Source: an uncultured bacterium
GTDB lineage: Bacteria > Edwardsbacteria > AC1 > EtOH8
Assembly (NCBI GenBank): GCA_964518765.1
Contig: CAZFJC010000009.1
Coordinates: 29,584-93,583, forward strand
Length of the DNA: 64,000 nt
Direction of reading: 5' to 3'
The notes under the pieces were generated by a model. That model saw nothing but the letters and a program-made list of their open reading frames with translations, ran no database searches and was not told the DNA's origin. Below are positions 49,955-60,622 of the stretch, in pieces; position 1 is the first letter of the stretch; every line of letters starts with the position of its first letter. The position numbers were made by a program, and so were the translations under genes.

Positions 49955-50407
49955 TCAGTCGCTGTTGAGCACCGTCCGTCTGATGATGGATTCCACCTTC
50001 CTTACCTGGCGGATTGACCTGGGGATGACCAGCACCGTGCAGAATCCGCCGATGGTGCCGATGATCTCCGGCCGATGCATCTGCTCTATGTAGCGGGCTA
50101 CCCCCGGAGCCCTTCCGGACAGGGTGTGGATAACCACCATGGACTCGTTTCTCCTGATGGCCAGCACCTCGTAGCCCAGCAGCCGGTCGATATGCCGGCC
50201 GGTCTCGCCCTCGTCCATCTGGTAGCGCGGACCGTCCGGGGTCATGGCCCGGATAACCCCCATCTCAGCGAAATCGCGGCTGAGGGTGGCCTGGGTCACC
50301 CTGATGCCGGTGGCGGCCAGGGCCTTCACCAGCTCTTCGTAGCTTGATATCGGCCGCTCGGCCAGTATCTTCTTGATCAGGTTCTGCCTTTTGGACTTGG
50401 CTATCAT
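49955..50407 (-). CDS. argR: arginine repressor
   Basis: Winged-helix N-terminus (KRQNLIKKILAERPISSYEELVKAL...ATLSRD); C-terminal oligomerisation domain GTIGGFCTVLVI; GGAG SD. Confidence 0.85.
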   Translation of the reverse strand: MIAKSKRQNLIKKILAERPISSYEELVKALAATGIRVTQATLSRDFAEMGVIRAMTPDGPRYQMDEGETGRHIDRLLGYEVLAIRRNESMVVIHTLSGRAPGVARYIEQMHRPEIIGTIGGFCTVLVIPRSIRQVRKVESIIRRTVLNSD

Positions 50408-50438
50408 CTTCTCCGACTTACTAGCGTTTCGATTGTTT

Positions 50439-50467
50439 AGTATACAACTCGCCCCACTCCATGTCAA
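50439..50467 (-). promoter_or_regulatory. sigma70 promoter TTGACA-N17-TATACT for argR
   Basis: Consensus -35 and near-consensus -10 about 30 nt upstream of the argR ATG. Confidence 0.5.
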
Positions 50468-50473
50468 TACCCT

Positions 50474-50512
50474 TTTGCATAAAATTACATTTTTTTATCG
50501 CTTTTATGCAAA
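50474..50512 (-). promoter_or_regulatory. tandem ARG-box-like operator (TTTGCATAAAATTACATT + TTATCGCTTTTATGCAAA) abutting the argR -35 (autoregulation candidate)
   Basis: Two 18-bp imperfect palindromes approximating TnTGAATwwwwATTCAnw, separated by about 2 bp; the only AT-rich patch locally. Confidence 0.45.
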
Positions 50513-50532
50513 GCCCTCCGTCGCCGGCCGCT

Positions 50533-50554
50533 AAAAAAAAGCCCCCCAGGGGCG
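50533..50554 (-). terminator. rho-independent terminator after thiL
   Basis: Stem GCGCCCCTGGGGGGC followed by UUUUUUUU on the minus strand. Confidence 0.6.
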
Positions 50555-50571
50555 CGCCTCCTAACCCTTTT

Positions 50572-51606
50572 TTAGAAATGACGGTAGCCCTCGGACCGAA
50601 GGCTCCTCAACCTGCCGTCGCGGCCAACCATCCAGACCCCCCGCCCCTTAGCAGCCTGGCCGATGATGGAGCAACTCGTCCCCATGGCCGTTATCATGGC
50701 CTTGGCCCTGGCGGCGTCGCTCGGTGCCAAGGTAAAAAGCAGTTCGTAGTCCTCGCCGCCGTTGAGGCAGTAGTCCATCGGTACACCTCCCAGCCGACGA
50801 GCGACGGCCAGGGCCTCGGGGGCCACCGGCAGCGCCCCCTGGTCGATAATGATGCCGACCCGGCTCTCCCGTGACAGGTGCCATAGCTCGGAGGCCAGCC
50901 CGTCCGAGATGTCGATCATACCGCCGAGCTTGAATCTCCGGGCCAGCGCCATACCCTCGTTGACCCTCGGCTCCGGCCTAAGGTGCTTTTTGATCAATCT
51001 CGATTTTTGAATTTTCAATTTTGAATTAAGAAGCTCCAGCCCCGCCCGGCTGCCCCCCAAGGAACCGGTGACCAGCACCGCGTCCCCGGGCCTGGCCCCT
51101 GACCTGAGCCCCATCCTCCCCCTCCGGCATTGGCCGATGACTGTCAGGGTGATCGAGAGCTCGCCGCCCAGGACGATGTCGCCCCCGACGACGGCGACGC
51201 CGAACCTTCCAGCCAGGCGCCGCATGCCTCGGTACAGTAGTTCGACGTCTCGGTCCGTCTGCCGCCGCGTCAGGGTCAGCGCTGCCAGCGCCAGCAGTGG
51301 CCGTCCCCCCATGGCCGCTACGTCGGAGAGGTTGGCCGCCATCGCCTTCCAGCCCAGGTCGCCGTAGTCGAAGTAGCCAAGGTCGAAATGCCTCCCCTCG
51401 ACCAGGGTGTCGGTGGTGGCCACCCCAACATATCCCCGGGGCAGGCGGAAGGCGGCGGCGTCGTCGCCGATGCCGAGCAACACGCTGCCTCCGGGTTTCT
51501 TCTGTCCGGCACGGATCCTATCGATCAGCCCGAACTCGCCGATTTCGGAAATGCTCTTTACCACCAAGGCGCAAAGACAGAAATAATTCCATGATAAACC
51601 TGCCAA
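50572..51606 (-). CDS. thiL: thiamine-monophosphate kinase
   Basis: AIR-synthase-related fold; GEFGLIDRIR N-terminal motif; the start (TTG at 51606, or the GTG at about 51564) is uncertain. Confidence 0.8.
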   Translation of the reverse strand: MAGLSWNYFCLCALVVKSISEIGEFGLIDRIRAGQKKPGGSVLLGIGDDAAAFRLPRGYVGVATTDTLVEGRHFDLGYFDYGDLGWKAMAANLSDVAAMGGRPLLALAALTLTRRQTDRDVELLYRGMRRLAGRFGVAVVGGDIVLGGELSITLTVIGQCRRGRMGLRSGARPGDAVLVTGSLGGSRAGLELLNSKLKIQKSRLIKKHLRPEPRVNEGMALARRFKLGGMIDISDGLASELWHLSRESRVGIIIDQGALPVAPEALAVARRLGGVPMDYCLNGGEDYELLFTLAPSDAARAKAMITAMGTSCSIIGQAAKGRGVWMVGRDGRLRSLRSEGYRHF

Positions 51607-51630
51607 CCCGGGAATCCGTCGACCGGCACT

Positions 51631-52416
51631 CTACTCAGCGTATAGATCCGGCCGACGATCCCGGAACAGGTCGTTGCGCGGCGTCATCCGCTTGTCCAGA
51701 GCCCGGGCCGGATCGATCTTTGCGATCCTGACGCACTCTACATTTTCCCCGGCCGAGGCCAGCACCCTCCTGTCCGGACCGCAGATCAGGCTCTGTCCGA
51801 TGAATCGCAGGTCCTGTCCGCCGCGCCTTTCGCGCCCGGTGCGGTTGGCGGTGACGGTGTACACCCGGTTCTCCAGGGCCCGCACCGGCATCGAGGCCGG
51901 ACAGTGCGGCAGCACCAGGTTGGAGGGATGGCAGATGACCTGGGCGCCCTGAAGGGCCAGGGCCCGGGCGGCCTCGGGAAAGATCCAGTCGAAGCAGATC
52001 ATCAGTCCGATCCTGACCGCCCCCAGCTTGAAGACCCGGAATCCGGTGTCGCCCGGGGAGAACCATTTCTTCTCGTTCCAGAAGAGGTGCGTCTTGCGGT
52101 AGAGACCGATCAGTCCGGTGGGCGTGACCAGGGCCGCCGAGTTGTAGAGCCTGCCGCCGTGGTTTTCTGCGAACCCGACCGCTAGCGCTACCCTTTCCTG
52201 CCGGACCAGCCTTTTCAGGAACATCATGGAAAGCCCGTCGGCCGGCTCGGCCAGATCCCGAGCCTCGCCCCTGGAGGCGAAGCAGTAACCGGTGAGGCAG
52301 AGCTCTGGCAGGACCAGCAGGTCGGCCCTTTTGCCAGTGACCAGCCGCTCGATAGCGGCCAGGTTTTTCCTCACCTGGCCGAAGGCGGGGGCGAACTGGA
52401 CGAATCCGATCTTCAT
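51631..52416 (-). CDS. carbon-nitrogen hydrolase (nitrilase superfamily) protein
   Basis: MKIGFVQFAP start; E-K-C catalytic triad contexts (VLPEL, ..RKTHLF, CFDWIFPE). Confidence 0.85.
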   Translation of the reverse strand: MKIGFVQFAPAFGQVRKNLAAIERLVTGKRADLLVLPELCLTGYCFASRGEARDLAEPADGLSMMFLKRLVRQERVALAVGFAENHGGRLYNSAALVTPTGLIGLYRKTHLFWNEKKWFSPGDTGFRVFKLGAVRIGLMICFDWIFPEAARALALQGAQVICHPSNLVLPHCPASMPVRALENRVYTVTANRTGRERRGGQDLRFIGQSLICGPDRRVLASAGENVECVRIAKIDPARALDKRMTPRNDLFRDRRPDLYAE

Positions 52417-52570
52417 ATCCTAGATACGATTAACCTCAACCTGAGACCCTCTCCCTCTCCTCTCCCCCGGAGGATCTTGCCCGAATCTTCCGAGTCTTTC
52501 CTCCCCCCTCGATCCATCAGATTCCCCGAAAACAAGGCAGGCCGCTGTTTTCTGAGTTTTTCCCCTGGTC

Positions 52571-53548
52571 TTACCTTATCGTGTAGGCCGAGCTCAGATG
52601 GGCCTGGGCCGCCAGCTGGATCCTCCTGGCGGACTCCGCGATCTTGGCGCAGAACCCGGCCCCAATGGTCGGCCTAGCCTCCAGCTCCTTCTGTTGCGCC
52701 ATGATGGCCTCCTGGAGGTCGTACATTTCGCCGATCAATTTGTACTGCGCCTGGCCCCTCTCCTTCTGGGCCTCGACAGCTGTCCGCCAGTCGAGGGCGA
52801 TGGGCTTGAAGCAGCGCCCCAGGTAGTCGTAGAGAATGTCCTCGTGCCTGTCCGGCGACGAACCTTGGACTTCGGCTCCGAACCTGTCGGCCGCCTTGAC
52901 GAACTCCTCCAGGGCCGCCCGGGTCCGGTTGAGCAGGTCGAGGATGGCCACCGCCTGCTTGCCGTCCCACTTGGCCAGGCTGTCAGCCAGGAATGGCCGG
53001 CCTCTGGCCTCCAGCTCGGCGCATAGGGCATCGCGGCCGATCCGAAGGTCCACCTGGGATCGTATCATCTCGAACACCTGGGTTTTAGTCCGGTCCAGGC
53101 CCCCGGAGGGATCCAGAATGCTGAATTCCATTCCATCGGTGGCGTAGACCACCACCGCATGGCTGCGTCTGACCTCTCCACGCTGGCGCAGCGCCTCGTA
53201 TCCCGGCGACGGCAGGATATGGCTGGGGACGGTGGACATGAAGGGCACCTCCAGCGATAGGAGTCGGTCGGCCTCTTTGAGGAACTCCTGTCGGCCCTTG
53301 AGCGCCGGACGGGCCAGCATCAGCCGGTGCTTTTGCAGCATGCTATTGAAGACTTCGGGAGACTGGTCCTCGATACCGGCCACGAAGTAGCCGCCGCCTC
53401 CCGGCTCGTAGCGCACCCGGTAGGGCATCTTGGACTCGGTGATGATGTCGTCGTCCTGCTTGTCGATGCCGTACCTCGATAGCAGCATCGCCAGGCTGGC
53501 GCAGGCGGAGCTGTTGTTGAAGTGCTGCTGTCTCCACTTTATATCCAT
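52571..53548 (-). CDS. BtrH_N (C39-peptidase-like) + DUF4872-like two-domain protein, unknown function
   Basis: N-terminal NNSSACASLAMLLSRYG resembles the catalytic-Cys region of BtrH_N/C39-like domains; helical C-terminal domain; 325 aa. Confidence 0.45.
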   Translation of the reverse strand: MDIKWRQQHFNNSSACASLAMLLSRYGIDKQDDDIITESKMPYRVRYEPGGGGYFVAGIEDQSPEVFNSMLQKHRLMLARPALKGRQEFLKEADRLLSLEVPFMSTVPSHILPSPGYEALRQRGEVRRSHAVVVYATDGMEFSILDPSGGLDRTKTQVFEMIRSQVDLRIGRDALCAELEARGRPFLADSLAKWDGKQAVAILDLLNRTRAALEEFVKAADRFGAEVQGSSPDRHEDILYDYLGRCFKPIALDWRTAVEAQKERGQAQYKLIGEMYDLQEAIMAQQKELEARPTIGAGFCAKIAESARRIQLAAQAHLSSAYTIR

Positions 53549-53567
53549 ACCTCCCCTCCGCTGCCTT

Positions 53568-54626
53568 TCACACGTTGAACTTGACGTTGATGACGTCCCC
53601 GTCCTTGACTACGTATTCCTTGCCCTCCAGCCGCACGTGTCCCTGCTCGCGCGCCCGGACGAAGGAGCCGGCGGCCGCCAGATGATCGTAGTGGACCACC
53701 TCGGCCCGGATGAATCCCCGCTCCATGTCCGAGTGGATGGTCCCGGCCGCCTGGGGCGCTTTGGTGCCGTTATCTATGGTCCAGGCCCGGCATTCGTCCT
53801 CGCCCACGGTGAAGAAACTGATCTTGCCCAGCATCCGGTAGGACTCCCGTATCATGCGGCTCAGGGCCGGCTCGTCTATCTTGAGCTCCTTCAGAAACCC
53901 CCTGGCCTCCTCCTCCGGCATCTGGGCGATGTCCATCTCTATCGGGCCGCACAGGGTGAAGGGCTGGCCGCCTGTCAGCTTCTCGAGTTCGCGCGCCCGC
54001 GGCTTGCAGTCGGCCGACTCAGCGTGGTTCAGCACCAGCATCAGCGGCTTCTCTGTCAGAAGCTGGAAGCTGCGGAGAAGCTTGGAGTCCTCGGGCGGCA
54101 GGCCCAGAGTCCGCACCGGCTGCTCGCACTCCAGGTGAACCCGGCAGCGCTCCAGCACCTCCAGCTCCCGGTCCAGGCCCGGCCGCTTGGCCTTTTTCAT
54201 GTCCGTTTTGACCCTCTCGATACGCCGCTCGATCATGCCCAGGTCGGAAAGCAGCAGCTCGGTGAACACGGTCTGGTAGTCCCCGGCCGGGTCGGCCGGT
54301 CCGGAGGCGCTGTCGAAGTCCCGCAGCACCAGGATGGCCGCCTCCACCTTGTGCATCTGCTCCAAAAACTCGGCCCCCAGCCCGCCCGAGGACGAGGCCC
54401 CCCTGGCCATCCCCCCGATGTCCACGTAGGTCACCGTAGCCGGGACCTTCTTTTTGGGGTTGTATATGTTGGTGAGAAAGTCCAACCTGGGATCGGGCAC
54501 TTTGACTACGCCGATGTGGACGGCCGGACCGGACGAGAATTCGCCCACCTTGGCCGAGGATCTGGTCAGGGCGTTGAAGATGGTGGTCTTGCCCGACTGG
54601 GGCAGGCCGATGATGCCTAGCTGCAT
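53568..54626 (-). CDS. ychF: redox-regulated ribosome-binding ATPase YchF
   Basis: GIIGLPQSGKTTIFNALT P-loop; TGS domain at the C-terminus. Confidence 0.95.
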   Translation of the reverse strand: MQLGIIGLPQSGKTTIFNALTRSSAKVGEFSSGPAVHIGVVKVPDPRLDFLTNIYNPKKKVPATVTYVDIGGMARGASSSGGLGAEFLEQMHKVEAAILVLRDFDSASGPADPAGDYQTVFTELLLSDLGMIERRIERVKTDMKKAKRPGLDRELEVLERCRVHLECEQPVRTLGLPPEDSKLLRSFQLLTEKPLMLVLNHAESADCKPRARELEKLTGGQPFTLCGPIEMDIAQMPEEEARGFLKELKIDEPALSRMIRESYRMLGKISFFTVGEDECRAWTIDNGTKAPQAAGTIHSDMERGFIRAEVVHYDHLAAAGSFVRAREQGHVRLEGKEYVVKDGDVINVKFNV

Positions 54627-54632
54627 ATCGCG

Positions 54633-54866
54633 TTATTCCTCGTCTTCAAACAGGTATTGCCTCCTTAAAAGCTGCCCGCCGAGCCGCAGCGCCCCGAAGC
54701 CTATCACCAGCCCGGTTATCAGCCAATACCGCTCGCCCAGCGGGTTGTGTTCCAGCAGGTAACGCATGGCCAGCAGGTAGGCCCCGAAGCCCAGGATCAC
54801 CAGGCTGGATCCGGTGCCGATCCACCAACGCACCAGGCGCTTCTTGCGCTCTATCTCGTCAAGCAT
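54633..54866 (-). CDS. small two-TM membrane protein, unknown function
   Basis: 77 aa; two hydrophobic helices. Confidence 0.45.
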   Translation of the reverse strand: MLDEIERKKRLVRWWIGTGSSLVILGFGAYLLAMRYLLEHNPLGERYWLITGLVIGFGALRLGGQLLRRQYLFEDEE

Positions 54867-54880
54867 AAACTTAAAACCTC

Positions 54881-54935
54881 TCCCTGTCTCCCTCCCCTCG
54901 AGGGGAGGGACGTCCGAGCAGGACAGGGAGAGGTC
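54881..54935 (-). terminator. nested GC palindrome (CTCCCTGTC..CTCCCCTCGAGGGGAG..GACAGGGAG) downstream of hppA; hairpin or terminator candidate related to the CCCTCGAGGG palindrome family
   Basis: Perfect 16-nt palindrome around a CTCGAG core inside a longer inverted repeat; no clear U-run. Confidence 0.35.
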
Positions 54936-54945
54936 CTCGGTTTCA

Positions 54946-57234
<2,289 letters not shown>

Positions 57235-57412
57235 GGGATTTCTCCGCTTTAGGTTAATCGGTTGTTAAACCATTGAGCCACAGATTCACGGGGATTTTCA
57301 TGAATCAAGGATCCATCATCGATATGGACCCGTCTAATGCGAGAGATCGTTTTTTCCGGCCTTATTGACATATTATATAATTTTAGCAGAAATATGCGCC
57401 GGGATGCAACCG

Positions 57413-57445
57413 AAAAAACGGCCGGGCCGCCCTTAGCGGCGGCCC
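57413..57445 (-). terminator. rho-independent terminator after the SPFH gene
   Basis: Stem GGGCCGCC / GGCGGCCC followed by UUUUUU on the minus strand. Confidence 0.65.
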
Positions 57446-57465
57446 GTGAACGTTCCGCGCCCGAA

Positions 57466-58353
57466 CTACTTGGTATCCAATATTATCGGCAGCCCGTCCT
57501 TGCCGGCCCCGATGATGACCACCTTGGCGTTGTCGGAGTGGGCCAGCTTCTCGGTGGCCTCGATGCCCTTCCACCGCAGCAGGGGCTCGGAGATGCCCTG
57601 GGCCACTATATTTTGAAAGTCGGCGATGCCCCGGGCCTCGATTCGTTTGCGCTCCGCTTCCTGTTTCTCCTTGGCCAGTATGAACTCCATCCTTTGGCTC
57701 TCCTGCTCGGCCTTGAGCTTCTCCTCGACGGCGTCGGTCACCTTGCGCGGCAGCTCGATCTTCCTCAACGGCGCCGTCTCCACCACCACCCCCCGCTCAC
57801 CTACCAGTTTCTTGAGGTCCTCGACGATCAGGTGCGATAGCACCTCCCGCTGCGAGGTGTAAAGGGCCTTGGCCTCGTAGCCGGCCGTCACCCCCCGGCA
57901 CACCGAGCGGAACTGGGGCTCCAGGATCACCTGGACGTAGTTGGCCCCTACCGTCTTGTAGACCTGGGCGGCCTTCTCTGGATCAAGGTGGAAGAGGATG
58001 CTGGCATCCAGCTTGACGGTCAGGCCCTCCTTGGAGGGCACGTCCATCACCTCGTAGACCTGCTGAGTCTTGATGGAGAACTTGACGATCCTGGCCAACG
58101 GGTTCCTGATGTTGATCCCCGACTTAAGGGTGCCTGACGACACCCGCCCGAAGAAATCCACCACCCCCACGTGCCCGGCCGGGATGACGGTGAAGAACTG
58201 GAGCAGAGCGATGAGACCGAAGGCCGCCGCCACGGCCGCCGAGGCCATCTTGGATCCCCTGTAGGCCTCGTTGTACTGTTTGACCTTGATGCCGGCCTGC
58301 CTCCAGTAGAAGAAGGCTAGGCCGGCGATGATCAGGGAAAGGATGAACAGCAT
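57466..58353 (-). CDS. SPFH/band-7 (prohibitin/HflC-like) membrane protein
   Basis: N-terminal TM helix; PHB domain; C-terminal coiled coil. Confidence 0.85.
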   Translation of the reverse strand: MLFILSLIIAGLAFFYWRQAGIKVKQYNEAYRGSKMASAAVAAAFGLIALLQFFTVIPAGHVGVVDFFGRVSSGTLKSGINIRNPLARIVKFSIKTQQVYEVMDVPSKEGLTVKLDASILFHLDPEKAAQVYKTVGANYVQVILEPQFRSVCRGVTAGYEAKALYTSQREVLSHLIVEDLKKLVGERGVVVETAPLRKIELPRKVTDAVEEKLKAEQESQRMEFILAKEKQEAERKRIEARGIADFQNIVAQGISEPLLRWKGIEATEKLAHSDNAKVVIIGAGKDGLPIILDTK

Positions 58354-58428
58354 GGCGTTTTCTCCATTTATATTATATAGCTGGCTTTACAATGTTCACT
58401 CTCGAGAGGAGAAAGCGGGTGTCCGGGC

Positions 58429-58844
58429 CTATCTGACGGCCTCGACCAACCCGAAAACCTTCAGCAGCTCTGGGGACCAGGTGGCTAGGGTATCCCCGCC
58501 CGTCTTATTGAGCTCGGCAGCCGCCAGGTTGTAGTCCCTCAGCATCCGGCGTTGGTCCAGCATGCAATCGATCAGACGCTTCCGGCCCCACCGCTTCTCC
58601 ACCATGACCGACATCCGGTGGCCGACCGTGTACCACGGCCCCCGGACGCCGCCATCGCCCGCGGCGATAGGCCCTCCAGGGTTTTTTGGTAAATGGACTC
58701 CAGGCTGGACATCCCTATATGGTACCTCTTGTGGGCCACCGTGTTCTCGAAAGCGGGTTTGGTCATGGCCGTGTCCAAATAGAGGAAGACGTACGGGTCG
58801 GTGGACATCTCGTAGACGAAGCTGTTGGAAAAAGGCTTGATCAT
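58429..58844 (-). pseudogene. hypothetical gene disrupted by a -1 frameshift at a G5/T6 homopolymer near 58650-58690 (or a sequencing error); the product would be about 139 aa
   Basis: The N-terminal frame (MIKPFSNSFVYEMSTDPYVFLYLDTAM...) and the C-terminal frame (...PWYTVGHRMSVMVEKRW...LLKVFGLVEAVR) join if one G is added to the GGGGG run. Confidence 0.4.
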
Positions 58845-59051
58845 GGGGTAAACTTTGGCCTTTATCCTGGCTCCGGTGGTCCCTAGGTCCGCTTTCCTCC
58901 ACTCCTCCAGGGTCCTGGCCAGCCCCGGCGCCCTACGGGTCAGGTCTTAGGAGAGCACGAAGCGACTGAAGTCTTCGTTCGAAAACTTGAATGTGGGCAC
59001 CTTGAATCTATCTCCTATTTCGTGCACACGCTTCCTGAACCGTAGGTGGGG

Positions 59052-59264
59052 CTAGCAGGAGAACAGCCTTTGCCACATGGCCGAGTCCGGCTCCGCCCCC
59101 GCCCCCTCGGCCCTGACGATGGCCAGGGCGGCCTCGGCTTCTTCGGCATTGAAGATGATTTGAACGTCGGGGTTCCCGGTCCTCTGCTGGGAGGCGCACG
59201 ACAGCAGCAGGAGCGGTGTCAGAAGGGTCAGTACCGGCAAGGCCCCGATCAGGCGATGTTTCAT
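59052..59264 (-). CDS. small lipoprotein, unknown function
   Basis: Signal and lipobox LLLSCAS; 70 aa. Confidence 0.45.
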   Translation of the reverse strand: MKHRLIGALPVLTLLTPLLLLSCASQQRTGNPDVQIIFNAEEAEAALAIVRAEGAGAEPDSAMWQRLFSC

Positions 59265-59295
59265 GTTGATATCTTTCTGGCTTGATTGGCTATTT

Positions 59296-60573
59296 TCATT
59301 TATCCGCTTCCGTCTTGACCACTCTCCCCCCGACCACTGTCAGTGCTGTACGGCCCTTGAGCTTCCAGCCGGCGAAAGGCGTGTTGCGGCTTAGTGATTG
59401 GAACCGCTCAGGGTCCACCGTCCACTCGGCCGCCGGATCGAACAGGGTGATGTCGGCCGGCCGGCCGACCTCCAGGCTCCCGCCCGAAAGCCCGAGTATC
59501 CTCCTGGGGTTTAATGACATCTTCTCGACCAGCTGCGACAAGGTCAGCACGCTTTTTCCCACTAGAAAACTCAGGCAAAGGCCCAGGGCCGTCTCCAGGC
59601 CGATCAGACCGCAGGGCGCCTGGTCGAACTCCACCTCCTTCTCCTCGGCGGAGTGGGGGGCGTGATCGGTGGCGATGCAGTCGATGGTGCCGTCGCGAAG
59701 CCCCTCGATCACGGCCTCCACGTCCTTCTGGGTCCTGAGCGGCGGATTGACCCTAGCCATCTCGTTGTAGCCGATGACCGCCTCCTCGGTCAGGCAGAAG
59801 TAATGGGGGCAGGTTTCGGCGGTGACCCCGATGCCCTGCCTCTTGGCCTGACGGACCACCTCCACCGTCTCGGCGCAGGAGACGTGGGCGATGTGCACCC
59901 GGCCCGAGGTCAATGCCGCCAGCTGGCAGTCGCGGTAGGCCATCGAGGCCTCGGCGGCGTTGGGGATGCCGCGCAGCCCCAGCCTGGTGGCCAGCGGCCC
60001 CTCGTTCATGAAGCCGTCGGCCGATAAAAACCTGTCCTCGCAGTGGGAGATGACCGGGATGCCGAATATCCGGCAATAGTCCAGGGCCCGTCGCATCAGG
60101 TTGGAGTCGGTGAGAGGTTTCCCGTCGTCGGAGACGGCCACCGCCCCGGCCTTGACCATGTCGCCGATCTCGGCCAGCTCCAGACCCTCCAGCCCCTTGC
60201 TGATGGCCCCCACCGGATGGACCCGACAATAGGGCGTCTCCAGAGACCTGATGAGGTCGATCATCCCCTGGTTGTCAAGAACCGGCTGGGTGTTGGGCAT
60301 GCAGGCTACGGCGGTGAAGCCGCCGGCCGCCGCCGCCCTGGAGCCGGACTCCACCGTCTCCTCGTCCTCCCGGCCCGGCTCCCGCAGGTGGACGTGCATG
60401 TCGCACAGCCCGGGACAGACCACCAGCCCCCTGGCATCGATCGCCTCGTCGGCCTTGCCGTCGGCGGCGCCGATGTTTGTGATCACCCCGCCGGCTATCT
60501 GGATGTCGGCCACCCTGTCGATGCCATTCTGAGGATCTATTAACCGGCCGCCCCTGATGACGATCGTCAGCAT
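59296..60573 (-). CDS. pyrC: dihydroorotase (alternative upstream start at 60621 would add a 16-aa extension)
   Basis: Canonical N-terminus MLTIVIRGGRLIDP; HxH metal motif DMHVHLREPG; the upstream in-frame ATG at 60621 has a strong AGGAAGG SD and overlaps the pyrB stop. Confidence 0.85.
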   Translation of the reverse strand: MLTIVIRGGRLIDPQNGIDRVADIQIAGGVITNIGAADGKADEAIDARGLVVCPGLCDMHVHLREPGREDEETVESGSRAAAAGGFTAVACMPNTQPVLDNQGMIDLIRSLETPYCRVHPVGAISKGLEGLELAEIGDMVKAGAVAVSDDGKPLTDSNLMRRALDYCRIFGIPVISHCEDRFLSADGFMNEGPLATRLGLRGIPNAAEASMAYRDCQLAALTSGRVHIAHVSCAETVEVVRQAKRQGIGVTAETCPHYFCLTEEAVIGYNEMARVNPPLRTQKDVEAVIEGLRDGTIDCIATDHAPHSAEEKEVEFDQAPCGLIGLETALGLCLSFLVGKSVLTLSQLVEKMSLNPRRILGLSGGSLEVGRPADITLFDPAAEWTVDPERFQSLSRNTPFAGWKLKGRTALTVVGGRVVKTEADK

Positions 60574-60586
60574 TGGGCCGTTGTTT

Positions 60587-60614
60587 TCGGATTTCAGATT
60601 TCGGATTTCGGATT
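60587..60614. repeat. heptanucleotide microsatellite (TCGGATT)x4, one TCAGATT variant, at the pyrB-pyrC junction
   Basis: Four tandem 7-mers lie between the two candidate pyrC starts. Confidence 0.7.
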
Positions 60615-60622
60615 TGTTCATC

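Noticed and set aside
48498-50093. 531-aa plus-strand ORF antisense to glnA/argR, and the 305-aa same-strand alternate-frame ORF at 48925..49842
   Set aside because: Shadow ORFs of glnA. They have no recognisable motifs and a biased R/P/G composition.
57366-57385. TTGACA ... TATATAAT in the hppA/SPFH intergenic region
   Set aside because: The hexamers are only about 5 nt apart, which is incompatible with a sigma70 promoter. The AT-rich palindrome is more likely a spacer or binding site of unknown meaning.
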